DNA of 25,089 nucleotides from Myxococcota bacterium. Lineage in GTDB: Bacteria > Myxococcota_A > UBA796 > GCA-2862545. Position numbers and translations under genes: made by a program. The notes beneath the pieces were generated by a model that worked only from the letters and a program-made list of their open reading frames with translations, did not search any database and was not told where the DNA came from. The DNA lies in NCBI GenBank assembly GCA_039208735.1, contig JBCCQY010000141.1, positions 1 to 25,089 of the forward strand. The letters run 5' to 3'. Below are positions 1 through 9,058 of the stretch, in pieces. Numbering within the stretch: position 1 is the first letter of the stretch; the number at the start of each line of letters is the position of its first letter.

Positions 1-2
1 CG

Positions 3-440
3 GATAGCGACGATGATCTGCTGACCGATGGCGAAGAGATCCTGACGTTTATGAGCGATCCCAACAACGCCGATACCGACAGTGGACTCCTGGACGACGG
101 CGCAGAGGTTCTCGCAGGTACCGATCCGCTCGATCCGAGCGACGATGCCACCATCCTCGACCGCGACAACGACGGTCTTACCGACGCCCAGGAAGCCAAC
201 CTGGGGACCGATCCCTTGCTCACCGATACCGATGGCGACACGCTCGGGGACTTCGATGAGGTGAATGTGCACCTCACCGACCCACTGCTCGTCGATACCG
301 ATGGCGACACCCTATCCGACGCCGACGAGCTGCAGGTTCACTTCACCAATCCACTGCTTCGCGACACGGACGGCGGAGGCATCCCCGATGCCTTCGAGAT
401 CAGTCAGGGGACAAATCCCAACGATGCCACCGACGACGAC
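3..440 (+). repeat. Bacterial thrombospondin type 3-like (DxDGDxLxDxxE...TDPL) coding repeats
   Basis: Tandem units such as DRDNDGLTDAQEANLGTDPLLT, DTDGDTLGDFDEVNVHLTDPLLV, DTDGDTLSDADELQVHFTNPLLR, DTDGGGIPDAFEISQGTNPND. A further copy sits at about 6181-6320 (DSDNDGFDDGTEFANGTDPLNP). Confidence 0.8.
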
Positions 441-3400
441 CTTTCCCGGCTCACCGTCTTGTTTGAAGACTTCGAATTCGGGACCACCCTCGACACGGCC
501 ACGTGGCAGTCCTCGAGCAGTGCCTTCTTGGCTACGATCATCGAAGACACCTATGTGCACCGAGGCGATTTCGCCCTGCGCATTCGCAACAATGGGTTTG
601 CCGAAACGGTTGCTCTCGATACCAGCCCCTGCAGCTCGGTCTATTGGACGATGCAGGTCAAACGTGGGCCCATCGGTCCGGCCAGCAATCGCAACCTGTT
701 TGTGGAATATTGGACGGGCTCCAGCTGGGTGCTCGCCGATACCATCCTCGGCGGCGGAGACGACGACCTGTACGTTCCGCGCTCGGGCACCCTGACCTCA
801 CCGCTCGCCGCCCACACCGCGTTTCGTCTTCGGCTCCGTCACAGCGCGACGTCGTCGGGCAACGACACGTTTTTTGTCGACGACCTGCAGGTCGTCTGCG
901 ATCCCGATCCTGCCCTCGATAGCGACGCGGACAACGTTTTCGATGCCGTGGACTGTGCCCCCAACGACGGCGACCACTGGATCGATTGCCTCGATTGCGT
1001 CGATGGCGACCTCGACGGCTACGGAAGTGAATGCGACCTCGGGGACGATTGCGACGACGCCGATCCCCTCGTGAATCCCAGCATTCCCGATGTCGACGGC
1101 GATGGCCTCGATGTCGATTGTGACGGATTCGACGACATGCGGTCGTTCTTCGACAACTTCAACTCAGGAACGTGGGATCCGACCGTCTGGAGTCTGGTCT
1201 CCGGCAGTTCCCCATCGGTGATCGGCGACGGGACCTCAGTGCTCATCGACGGTCAGGGCATGATGGAAACGCTTGGGCTCAACACGACCACCTGCAACAC
1301 GCTGGTGTTCGAAGCCTCCGTTCGACGTGGGCTGGGCAGCTATGCCACCGGCGATGTGCTGCGCTTCAGCTTCCTCAACCCCTCTGGAGTCGCCGTCGAG
1401 TTCGATCGAGTGCCGAACTACGCAAGCTGGCAGACCTTCGAGACTTACCAGTCGTTCATCACGTCTGCCGATGCCTTTCACACGAACTTCCGGGTGCGCA
1501 TCGACAACCTCGCCTCGGCGACCGAGGAGTACTTGATCGACGATGTGCGGATCGGATGCTCGGCGCCCGACACGGATGGCGACGGGTTCCCGTTTGCCGC
1601 GGATTGCGCTCCCAACGATGGTCTGCACTGGGACGACTGCGGCCTGTGCGTCGATGCCGACGGCGATGGCCGAGGTACGGATTGCGACCTCGGAGACGAC
1701 TGCGACGATGCCGACATTCTGGCTTGGACCGGCAACGTCGATCCATTTGGCGACGGCATCGACAGCGACTGCTCGGGCTTTGATGGTCCGTCGTTCTTCG
1801 ACGACTTCGACGACGGGGTGTTCGATGCCGAGGACTACGGGCCCAACGGGATCACCGACTTCGTGGCGACCACCGACGACGCCTACAGCGGCATGTACAG
1901 CGCGCGTTCACCCGCCTACGGCCGCATCGAGCCGCTGGCCGTGGACATGAGCGAGTGCACCGAGATCGCGTGGTTCTACCGGCTGCGGCGGAGTCCACTC
2001 ATGACCACCTGGAATCGCGCGCTCGAGCTGTACGTCTATGACCCTGCATTCAACTGGGTCTTCCTCGACCAAGTGGCCGGCGACGGAATTGGTGACTCAG
2101 AGTTCCAGTTCCGGTGGGGCATCGTCACGGACACTACGCTCTTCTCGCACTTCGATCTGCACGTGGACGCCAACGAGCCGGTCCCACTGTACATCGATGA
2201 CCTCGGCTTCGTCTGCAACGACCCCACCCTCGTCGACGAAGGAGATGGCGTGCCGCAATCCATCGACTGTGCCCCCACCGACGTGGACCACTGGTCGGAT
2301 TGCGGACAGTGCAACGACAGCGACGGCGACGGATTTGGCACCAAATGTGACCTCGGCGAGGACTGCGACGACACCGACGCGACCGTCTACCCCGGCGCGA
2401 TGGACGTCTTCGGCGATGGAACGGACGCGGACTGTGATGGATTCGACGGAGCAGGCCTGGTGGACGGTTTCGATTCCGGCGAACTGATCCCGTCCATCTG
2501 GGCCGCGAGCAGCGGCATCCTACACTTTCGCAACGCCACCCCCACGATCGGCAACTTCAGCCTCGAAATGGAAGCGCGCTCCTGGATCGAGACGGTGCCC
2601 CTCGACATGTCGACCTGTAGCGAAATCCTTTGGACCTACCAAGGAACGCCCTACTTCTCGGCTCCGGAGCGAGGCGACTTCCTCGAGGTGTCTTGGTTCG
2701 ACGGAACCGCTTGGGTCTCGGAAGACCAGTTCGAGGGCAATGGGCTCAGTTCCAACAACTTCGAACGCCAGTGGGGGATCATCACCGACCCCGCGGCTTT
2801 CCACTCGGCCTTTGCCCTGCGCATCGAAGGCACGACGGAGAACGCCAGCCACGGTGCCGACGACTTCCTCATCGATGCCTTCCGCCTGCAGTGTGTCGAT
2901 ACGACCAGCGACGATGGCGATGGCGTGCCCGACGTAATCGATTGTGCACCCACGGATCCGGACCATTGGTTCGACTGTGGCGGATGCACCGATTCGGACA
3001 TGGACGACCGGGGAGCGGGATGCGACCTTGGTGAAGACTGTGACGATGCCGATAGCACGGTCTTCGAAGGGGCCGCGGACCCCTATGGCGATGGCCTCGA
3101 TACGAACTGCGACACCTTTGACGGCACGGGCTTCATCGATGACTTTGAGGGTTCGATCCTCGAACTCGAAGAGTGGCCTTCTGCGGACTTGTCCGCCGAA
3201 TTCACGACCGACGAAGCGTTCGCGGGACTCCAAAGCCTCGAGTTCGACGATTTGGAATTCGCAGAGACCCGAGCCATCGACACCACGAGCTGTACGGACG
3301 TGTACTGGTTCTACCGCATGTTCCGGTTCCGCCCGACGTCGGGGGATCACCTCGAAGCCAGCTACTGGGACGGGACCACCTGGCGGAGCGCTGACCTCGT

Positions 3401-6326
3401 GCCGGAACAGCTCAATAGCGACCTCGACTGGGTCTATCGCTGGGGCGCGATCAACGATCCCAACGCCCTGCGCTCCGACTTCCGCATGGAATGGCGCAAA
3501 CTTAGCGACAACTTCGCCTCCACGACCTACCTCGATGATGTCGGCTTTGCGTGCGGCGATCCGGGCACCGACGGCGACGCGATCCCCAATCCCATCGACT
3601 GTGACCCGGCGTCTGGCGCACATTGGTACGACTGTGGATCTTGCACGGATGGCGATGGCGACGACTACGGAACCGGCTGTGATCTCGGACCCGATTGCAA
3701 CGACGCCGACGCCACGATCTACCCCGGTGCCGCGGACGTATCGGGGGACGGCATCGACAGTGACTGTTCGGGAGACGACGGCCGGACCCATGACGCGAGC
3801 TTCGACAGCGGGGCTCTGGCGGGGCCGTTGCTCACCATCACCCAAGGCGTGAATTTCCCTTCATCCCCCGTCCACCTGGGCACGGGCGCGATGTCGCTCA
3901 CCTCCAACGCGGTGGCCTCGAGCGTCGTGCTGGATGCCTCGAGCTGCACCGATGCCGTGGAGTTCTCGTATTACGTCAAGCGTGGTGATCTCTACGCTCC
4001 GAATCGAGTCGATACCTTGTATTTCGAGTGGTGGGACGGCCAGCAGTGGATCACGGAACGGCTTCATCGCGGTGAAAACGTCATCGATCCCAACTACGTG
4101 TGGTTCACGGGAATGATCGACGCCACCAACTCCGACTTCCGGTGGCGATTCCGAAGCGATATCGCCAACGCGCAGTCGGGCGATCGCATCTTCCTCGTCG
4201 ACGAGGTCTACCTGGATTGTGGCATTGACGCGGACGGCGATCTCGTTTCCTCCTTCTTCGATTGCGACGAAACGGATGCCGCCCACTGGTCGGATTGCTT
4301 GACCTGTGTCGATGGCGACCTTGACGACTACGGCACGGACTGCGATCTCGGACCCGATTGCAACGACGCTGATGCAACGGTGCATCCCTTCGCCCCCGAC
4401 ACGCTCGGTGACGGCATCGACACCGATTGCAACACCTTTGATGGGCCAGGGTTTCACGATGACTTCGAGTCCAACGCCTACCCCGCGTGGAAGTGGCCCT
4501 ACATCGACGGAGATGCGAGCCATACCTGGACCCCTCCCGCCGCAACGGTGGCGGCCGCAGCCCTGGGCTCACGGGTCGAACTGCGCACGGCACCCTTCGA
4601 TACCTCGAGCTGCAGCGAGCTGGTGTGGTCCTTTGAAGGGGAGTTCCACGTTGAAGCGACGCTGACCCTGGAATGGTGGGACGGCAGTGGCTGGGTGGTG
4701 GCCGACGTGCTCGACAACGCGGTGCGGTACCTCGAAACCCCCAACAACAGCTATCGCCAGTTCTGGGGTTCGGTGACCCAGCCTTCGGCCATGCGTGCCG
4801 ACCAGCGGTTCCGCCTGCGGACCGAGCACAATGCGGCCGTATCCCAGGAACTCGAGGAGTTCAGCATTCAGTGCACCCTGCCCGACAGCGATGGGGATGG
4901 CGTGCCCGAAGCGATTGACTGCGCCACCACGGACCCGGATCACTGGTTTGACTGTGGGCTTTGCGTCGATGGCGATCTGGATGGGTTCGGGGATGATTGC
5001 GACCTCGGCCTCGACTGCGATGACATGGTTGCAACCACGTTCCCCGGAGCCATCGATGCGTTTGGTGACGGCATCGATACGGACTGCAGCGGCAGCGATG
5101 GCGCAGGCATTGACGATGACTTTGCGGCCGAGCTGCTCGACCCTGCCCTCTGGGATTGGTCTCAGACCGGCAATGCCACAACGTTCTTCGGGAACAATGG
5201 CCGCGCATCGGTCGATTTGCCGGGGATGCTCACCACGCAACCCCTCGACACCACCAGCTGTCCTGCCATCGCGTATGCCTTCGACCTCGAGCGGACCTTC
5301 TACGACAATCCCGGTGACGTCGTGATCACCTACTCGGATGGCATGTCCTCGATTTTCGTTGACAGCTATCCCCTCACTCCGTTCGGGCCGGCGGACGAAC
5401 GGGTGTGGGGAGAGATCACGGACCTCGGCGCCTTCCACTCCACCTTCAGCCTGTCGGTGTCGTCGGCCGCGATGCCGCTCGGCTCTGGGGATGGGTTCGA
5501 CATCGACAACTTCGTTGTGGGATGCACGGGCGCAGACGCCGATGGCGACGGGTTCCCCGCGCTCATCGACTGTGACGACACGACGGCCAATCACTGGTTT
5601 GACTGTGGACTCTGCGTCGATGCAGACCTCGATGATTGGGGCGACGATTGCGACCTGGGCTGGGATTGCGATGATGCCGATGGGCTGCGGAACCCCGGCG
5701 AGCCCGACCCATTCGGAGATGGCATCGACTCCGACTGCACCTATGTCGACGGTGAGGGCCTGTTCGATGGGTTTGAAACCGCGGGCAGCGCCACGCTGTC
5801 GAGCGGAACCACCGTGTTGACCGAATCCACGAACCCGCTGAACGAGTCCGCTCAGCTCGACTCCTTCGACTCCCTTTCGTTCGATCCGGTCAACTTCGAG
5901 GGCTGCACGGAGGCGCGGTGGCACATGCGGATGCGCATGGGCACCGGCACAAGCGTGCCGCAGACCGACGACGACGTTCAGATCTACCTGCGCAATGGAC
6001 CCATAGGCCCGTCCGCCTCGATCGCCCTCATCGCGGGCACGGGTCAGACGGAACCCTACGCCGAGTACTCAGGTGTCCTGACCCAAGCCTCTCAGCTCCA
6101 GCGCAACATGGATTTCCAGGTCGCCGCGAGTTCCTGGATCAATCGAGACTTCGTCATCGACCGCGTCGCCTTCGGATGTGACGATGACCTGGACGGCCTC
6201 GCCACCCCTTACGAACTCCATGTGCTTGGGACGGCCATCAACGACGCAGACTCCGACAACGATGGGTTCGATGATGGCACCGAGTTCGCCAACGGCACCG
6301 ATCCGTTGAACCCGTTCAGCAACTGA
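3..6326 (+). CDS. Giant acidic Ca-binding/adhesin-like repeat protein, 5'-partial: TSP3-like repeats, 9 beta-sandwich domains alternating with 8 Cys-rich modules, C-terminal TSP3-like repeat
   Basis: The frame is open from position 3 (DSDDDLLTDGEEILTF) into the ATG at 51, so the true start lies upstream of the window. DxDxDGLxDxxE...GTDP repeats occur at both ends. Recurrent DCDDxDxxxxPG...DGxDxDC motif resembles the putative metal-binding (MopE-like, PF11617) motif. Stop TGA at 6324-6326. Confidence 0.9.
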   Translation, partial: DSDDDLLTDGEEILTFMSDPNNADTDSGLLDDGAEVLAGTDPLDPSDDATILDRDNDGLTDAQEANLGTDPLLTDTDGDTLGDFDEVNVHLTDPLLVDTDGDTLSDADELQVHFTNPLLRDTDGGGIPDAFEISQGTNPNDATDDDLSRLTVLFEDFEFGTTLDTATWQSSSSAFLATIIEDTYVHRGDFALRIRNNGFAETVALDTSPCSSVYWTMQVKRGPIGPASNRNLFVEYWTGSSWVLADTILGGGDDDLYVPRSGTLTSPLAAHTAFRLRLRHSATSSGNDTFFVDDLQVVCDPDPALDSDADNVFDAVDCAPNDGDHWIDCLDCVDGDLDGYGSECDLGDDCDDADPLVNPSIPDVDGDGLDVDCDGFDDMRSFFDNFNSGTWDPTVWSLVSGSSPSVIGDGTSVLIDGQGMMETLGLNTTTCNTLVFEASVRRGLGSYATGDVLRFSFLNPSGVAVEFDRVPNYASWQTFETYQSFITSADAFHTNFRVRIDNLASATEEYLIDDVRIGCSAPDTDGDGFPFAADCAPNDGLHWDDCGLCVDADGDGRGTDCDLGDDCDDADILAWTGNVDPFGDGIDSDCSGFDGPSFFDDFDDGVFDAEDYGPNGITDFVATTDDAYSGMYSARSPAYGRIEPLAVDMSECTEIAWFYRLRRSPLMTTWNRALELYVYDPAFNWVFLDQVAGDGIGDSEFQFRWGIVTDTTLFSHFDLHVDANEPVPLYIDDLGFVCNDPTLVDEGDGVPQSIDCAPTDVDHWSDCGQCNDSDGDGFGTKCDLGEDCDDTDATVYPGAMDVFGDGTDADCDGFDGAGLVDGFDSGELIPSIWAASSGILHFRNATPTIGNFSLEMEARSWIETVPLDMSTCSEILWTYQGTPYFSAPERGDFLEVSWFDGTAWVSEDQFEGNGLSSNNFERQWGIITDPAAFHSAFALRIEGTTENASHGADDFLIDAFRLQCVDTTSDDGDGVPDVIDCAPTDPDHWFDCGGCTDSDMDDRGAGCDLGEDCDDADSTVFEGAADPYGDGLDTNCDTFDGTGFIDDFEGSILELEEWPSADLSAEFTTDEAFAGLQSLEFDDLEFAETRAIDTTSCTDVYWFYRMFRFRPTSGDHLEASYWDGTTWRSADLVPEQLNSDLDWVYRWGAINDPNALRSDFRMEWRKLSDNFASTTYLDDVGFACGDPGTDGDAIPNPIDCDPASGAHWYDCGSCTDGDGDDYGTGCDLGPDCNDADATIYPGAADVSGDGIDSDCSGDDGRTHDASFDSGALAGPLLTITQGVNFPSSPVHLGTGAMSLTSNAVASSVVLDASSCTDAVEFSYYVKRGDLYAPNRVDTLYFEWWDGQQWITERLHRGENVIDPNYVWFTGMIDATNSDFRWRFRSDIANAQSGDRIFLVDEVYLDCGIDADGDLVSSFFDCDETDAAHWSDCLTCVDGDLDDYGTDCDLGPDCNDADATVHPFAPDTLGDGIDTDCNTFDGPGFHDDFESNAYPAWKWPYIDGDASHTWTPPAATVAAAALGSRVELRTAPFDTSSCSELVWSFEGEFHVEATLTLEWWDGSGWVVADVLDNAVRYLETPNNSYRQFWGSVTQPSAMRADQRFRLRTEHNAAVSQELEEFSIQCTLPDSDGDGVPEAIDCATTDPDHWFDCGLCVDGDLDGFGDDCDLGLDCDDMVATTFPGAIDAFGDGIDTDCSGSDGAGIDDDFAAELLDPALWDWSQTGNATTFFGNNGRASVDLPGMLTTQPLDTTSCPAIAYAFDLERTFYDNPGDVVITYSDGMSSIFVDSYPLTPFGPADERVWGEITDLGAFHSTFSLSVSSAAMPLGSGDGFDIDNFVVGCTGADADGDGFPALIDCDDTTANHWFDCGLCVDADLDDWGDDCDLGWDCDDADGLRNPGEPDPFGDGIDSDCTYVDGEGLFDGFETAGSATLSSGTTVLTESTNPLNESAQLDSFDSLSFDPVNFEGCTEARWHMRMRMGTGTSVPQTDDDVQIYLRNGPIGPSASIALIAGTGQTEPYAEYSGVLTQASQLQRNMDFQVAASSWINRDFVIDRVAFGCDDDLDGLATPYELHVLGTAINDADSDNDGFDDGTEFANGTDPLNPFSN
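460..6180 (+). repeat. Tandem 217-225 aa coding repeat: 9 beta-sandwich domains + 8 six-cysteine linkers
   Basis: The His codon of the invariant HWxDC motif falls at 975, 1626, 2289, 2964, 3621, 4284, 4941 and 5592 (spacing 651-675 nt). Each linker also carries CDLGxDC. Each sandwich starts with an (F/L/I/H)xDxF-like motif and most end with (I/V/L)DD/DE-hydrophobic...C. Confidence 0.9.
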
Positions 6327-6404
6327 CGGACGGAGCCGCAGGCCGATGCGTGAAAATTGCGAGAGTGAGTAATTGTCATCCACAGGGCCATGGAGAACCC
6401 GGTC

Positions 6405-6580
6405 GTGCTTCAGGCGGACCTCGACTGCCCCGTCATCGCGCAATCGGAGCCGATCGTAGGACAACAGGGGCCGCCCGACGTAGCGGCAGAGGCGCTCGAG
6501 GGCCTCGCGGTCGCGAGCGGCGACCGACACACCCGCGTGCAAGTTGAACCCGCCCTGCCGCGCGCATCGGTTCGGCAACG
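6405..6580 (-). mobile_element. IS91-family (rolling-circle, Y2 transposase) remnant, internal fragment only
   Basis: Minus-strand translation LPNRCARQGGFNLHAGVSVAARDREALERLCRYVGRPLLSYDRLRLRDDGAVEVRLK matches the conserved GFxLHAGV...DRxxLERLCRYxxRP block of IS91/ISCR transposases. Similarity stops after LK. A degenerate, frameshifted continuation may extend to about 6740. Confidence 0.8.
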
Positions 6581-6736
6581 CGCCCGGATGCCGTGGGCCC
6601 GCCGAAGGCCAGCGCGCTGGGACGTCGTCGATGTGGTGCCATGAAGCGCCCACCATCCTGCTCGCGGTCGTGGCAGGCCCTGCTCATCGACGAGCTGATG
6701 CACGCAGGGATGACGTCACCAGCGTCCAGCTCGTCA

Positions 6737-6961
6737 TCAGGGCACCCACCGACCCCAGAAGATCGTATTCGATGTGCTGGGCACGAATAGCCGTTCCCGA
6801 AGCACATGGTACCGAGGATCGGATGCAAACCGCGCGGCGTGGTCCGAACTCGGAAACTCCATCAGGAAGACGCGGTTGAACGCACCCTCCGTCGAGTGCG
6901 CCTCGGCGATGGAGGCATCGAAGACGAACACCGCCCCGTGCTCGGCGAGGATGCGGGCCAT
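6737..6961 (-). pseudogene. DUF1330-family protein, probably 5'-truncated (74 codons remain)
   Basis: MARILAEHGAVFVFDASIAEA...FNRVFLMEFPSSDHAARFASDPRYHVLRERLF fits the DUF1330 pattern. The usual N-terminal strand and helix (~20 aa) are absent, and the sequence upstream is LysR-coding on the opposite strand. Confidence 0.65.
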
Positions 6962-7282
6962 CGTCACCTGCCCCCCGCTCGGTGGCTCGAGCAGCCCCAT
7001 CCGGGCGCCCGGGTCGTCGCGCATGCGGACAGCGCCAACACCTTGTTTCACCTGGCTCGCAGCGGCATCGGCGTCGCGGTCCTTCCGTGTGTCGTCGCAG
7101 AGGACAAGCCGAGCCTTGCGCGACGGGCCGACGTCGAGACCCCGGACCTGGAGGGCTGGGTGCTCACCCACCCCGAGCTGCGGCGCGTCCCGCGTGTGCG
7201 GGTGGTGCTCTCGGCGCTGGCCGACCACTTGGTCGGGCGCGTTGCCGCGGCACGCTCGATGCCCAACGCCGACTCGCCCTGA
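6962..7282 (+). pseudogene. C-terminal fragment of a LysR-type regulator (end of substrate-binding domain)
   Basis: HLPPARWL...ARVVAHADSANTLFHLARSGIGVAVLPC...WVLTHPELRRVPRVRVVLSAL is a typical LysR C-terminus. There is no HTH and no plausible start codon or RBS. Confidence 0.75.
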
Positions 7283-7310
7283 GCGGTTCGTTCGATCTCG
7301 CCCGAACCGC
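7283..7310. other. Inverted repeat / possible hairpin between the convergent LysR fragment and amidase
   Basis: GCGGTTCG (7283-7290) and CGAACCGC (7303-7310) form a perfect 8-bp stem with a 12-nt loop directly after the LysR stop. There is no U-tract. Confidence 0.3.
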
Positions 7311-7407
7311 GGCACTCCTCCGTGCTGGACCAACTAGCCCATTGACCACCTCGATCGAGGTCGACTGCCCGTCCAGCGGCAGCGGCATCCCCTGACGGAC
7401 CCTCGCC

Positions 7408-8964
7408 CTACTCGCCAGCGAAGACCGCCTCGATGGCTTCGGCGAGTCCGAGGAGCTCGCGGTCGGCTCCCGCCGGACCCGCGATCTCGATGCCAAAGGG
7501 CAGACCGTCGGCCGTCAGGCCGGCCGGCAGCGTGATGGCTGGCAGATCCGCGCTGCTCGCGACCGAGACGTTCCGCAAGTAAAGGAAGTCCGTCACGATC
7601 TGTCCGTCGAGCTCGATGGGCGCCCCCAGCATGCCCTCGGGGGGGAGGGCATCCGCTGGGCGCCGCGTGGGAAGCGGCGTGGTCGGGTAGAGCATCGCGT
7701 CCAGATCGTTCTCCACGAAGTAGCCATCCAACAGGTCCTGAAGGGCCACGCGGGCCCCTGAGGCCTCGGCGTACGACTTCTCGTCGGTTGCCGCCGGCGA
7801 AAGCATCAGCTCGAAGAACATCCGGGATCCGGGCGATTGAATCTGCTCGACGAGGCTCTGCAGGTCCGGCGCGGAGGGACGCTGCTTGAGATAGGCGCCG
7901 AGTTCACGCCGTCCTTCGTACAGTGCCATGCCGAAGAAGACCGCCTCGTCGAGGTCGCTGACCACCTCGGGAAGATCAGCGAACACCAACTCGGCACCCG
8001 CATCGGCCAAGGCGTCGAGGGCTCGCTGCACGCCGCGATCGACCTCACCGTGCAGACCCGCGTAGAACACGGGTCCCGGCAGACCGATGCGCACCTCGCT
8101 CAGATCGATTGTTGGGGGAGGTGTGTCGTCACCCGTCAATACCGCATCGACCAGTGCCACGTCGCTGACGGTATGGGCCAGCGATCCTACCGTATCGCGC
8201 GACGAGGCCAGAGGAATCACGCCCTCCTTCGAGTAGCGGCCGAGCGAAGGCCGGTAGCCCACCACGCCGGTGAGCGCCGCGGGGATGCGCACCGAACCCG
8301 CCGTATCGGAGCCGAGCGACACCCCGAACGCGCCACTCGCCACTGCGACGGCGCTGCCCGAGCTGCTACCTCCCGGAAACAGTTCCGGGTTCGCGGGATG
8401 CAGGGTGGGTCCGAACGCACTGTCGAGCCCGGTGGCGCCCAACGCGAGCTCGTGCAGGTTCGCTTTGCCCATCACGATGGCGCCCGCGCCCCGCAGCGCC
8501 TGCACGACCGGAGCGTCGGCGGGGGCGACGTTGTAGGCCAGCCCCGCGGTCCCTGCCGTCGTGGGGGTGCCTGCGACGTCGATGTTGTCCTTGACGACGA
8601 CGGGTACCCCGAGAAGAAGTGCGGTCTCGCCCGCGGCGCGCGCAGCGTCGGCCTGTCGCGCAGCCTCGAGGCTCTCCTCTGCCCACACCACCGGCACGGC
8701 ATTGAGTTCGGGCCGGGCGTCGAGGGCCCGCATGGCATCGCAGACGAGCTGGACCGAGGTCGCGGTGCCTGCCTTCAACGCGGCGAGCTGCGCGGCCACC
8801 GTGGCTTCGACGCCCGACGGCTCGAGGCCGTCACAGCCGGCGGGAGGTTGGGTCGGCACCTCGGTGGGCGCGTTGGGCTCTGGGGTTGGTTGAGAGGGCT
8901 GCGGCGTCTCGGTGCAGGCGAAGACGGAAAGGGCAACCATGGACAGCCAGGACTTCTGGAACAT
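7408..8964 (-). CDS. Amidase-signature family hydrolase (indoleacetamide/mandelamide hydrolase-like) with N-terminal lipoprotein signal
   Basis: Catalytic Lys in VVVKDNI, GKANLHELALG, signature GGSSSGSAVAVA, and GSDTAGSVRIPAALTGVVGYRPS. N-terminus MFQKSWLSMVALSVFAC is followed by a Pro/Thr-rich linker. GGAG lies 7 nt before the ATG. Confidence 0.9.
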   Translation of the reverse strand: MFQKSWLSMVALSVFACTETPQPSQPTPEPNAPTEVPTQPPAGCDGLEPSGVEATVAAQLAALKAGTATSVQLVCDAMRALDARPELNAVPVVWAEESLEAARQADAARAAGETALLLGVPVVVKDNIDVAGTPTTAGTAGLAYNVAPADAPVVQALRGAGAIVMGKANLHELALGATGLDSAFGPTLHPANPELFPGGSSSGSAVAVASGAFGVSLGSDTAGSVRIPAALTGVVGYRPSLGRYSKEGVIPLASSRDTVGSLAHTVSDVALVDAVLTGDDTPPPTIDLSEVRIGLPGPVFYAGLHGEVDRGVQRALDALADAGAELVFADLPEVVSDLDEAVFFGMALYEGRRELGAYLKQRPSAPDLQSLVEQIQSPGSRMFFELMLSPAATDEKSYAEASGARVALQDLLDGYFVENDLDAMLYPTTPLPTRRPADALPPEGMLGAPIELDGQIVTDFLYLRNVSVASSADLPAITLPAGLTADGLPFGIEIAGPAGADRELLGLAEAIEAVFAGE

Positions 8965-9058
8965 CGCAAACTCCGAGGAAGGTCGACCGTGGTTCGGTCA
9001 CCTTGCCGTCGCTCGACCCGGGGCGGATTCTACCGGCCGGTTCGAAGTGGCCCCGAGC

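Noticed and set aside
460..6180. Regular ~660-nt periodicity as a CRISPR-like or non-coding repeat array
   Set aside because: The repeats are in-frame protein repeats with synonymous variation, not identical DNA repeats with spacers.
6390..6402. GAAC tetranucleotide next to the IS91 fragment as an IS91 end or target site
   Set aside because: A 4-mer is expected by chance, and the transposase is broken mid-domain here rather than at a natural element end.
7408..8964. Assigning the gene symbol iaaH or gatA to the amidase
   Set aside because: The motifs support only the amidase-signature family. There is no iaaM or gatBC context, and the lipoprotein signal argues against either.
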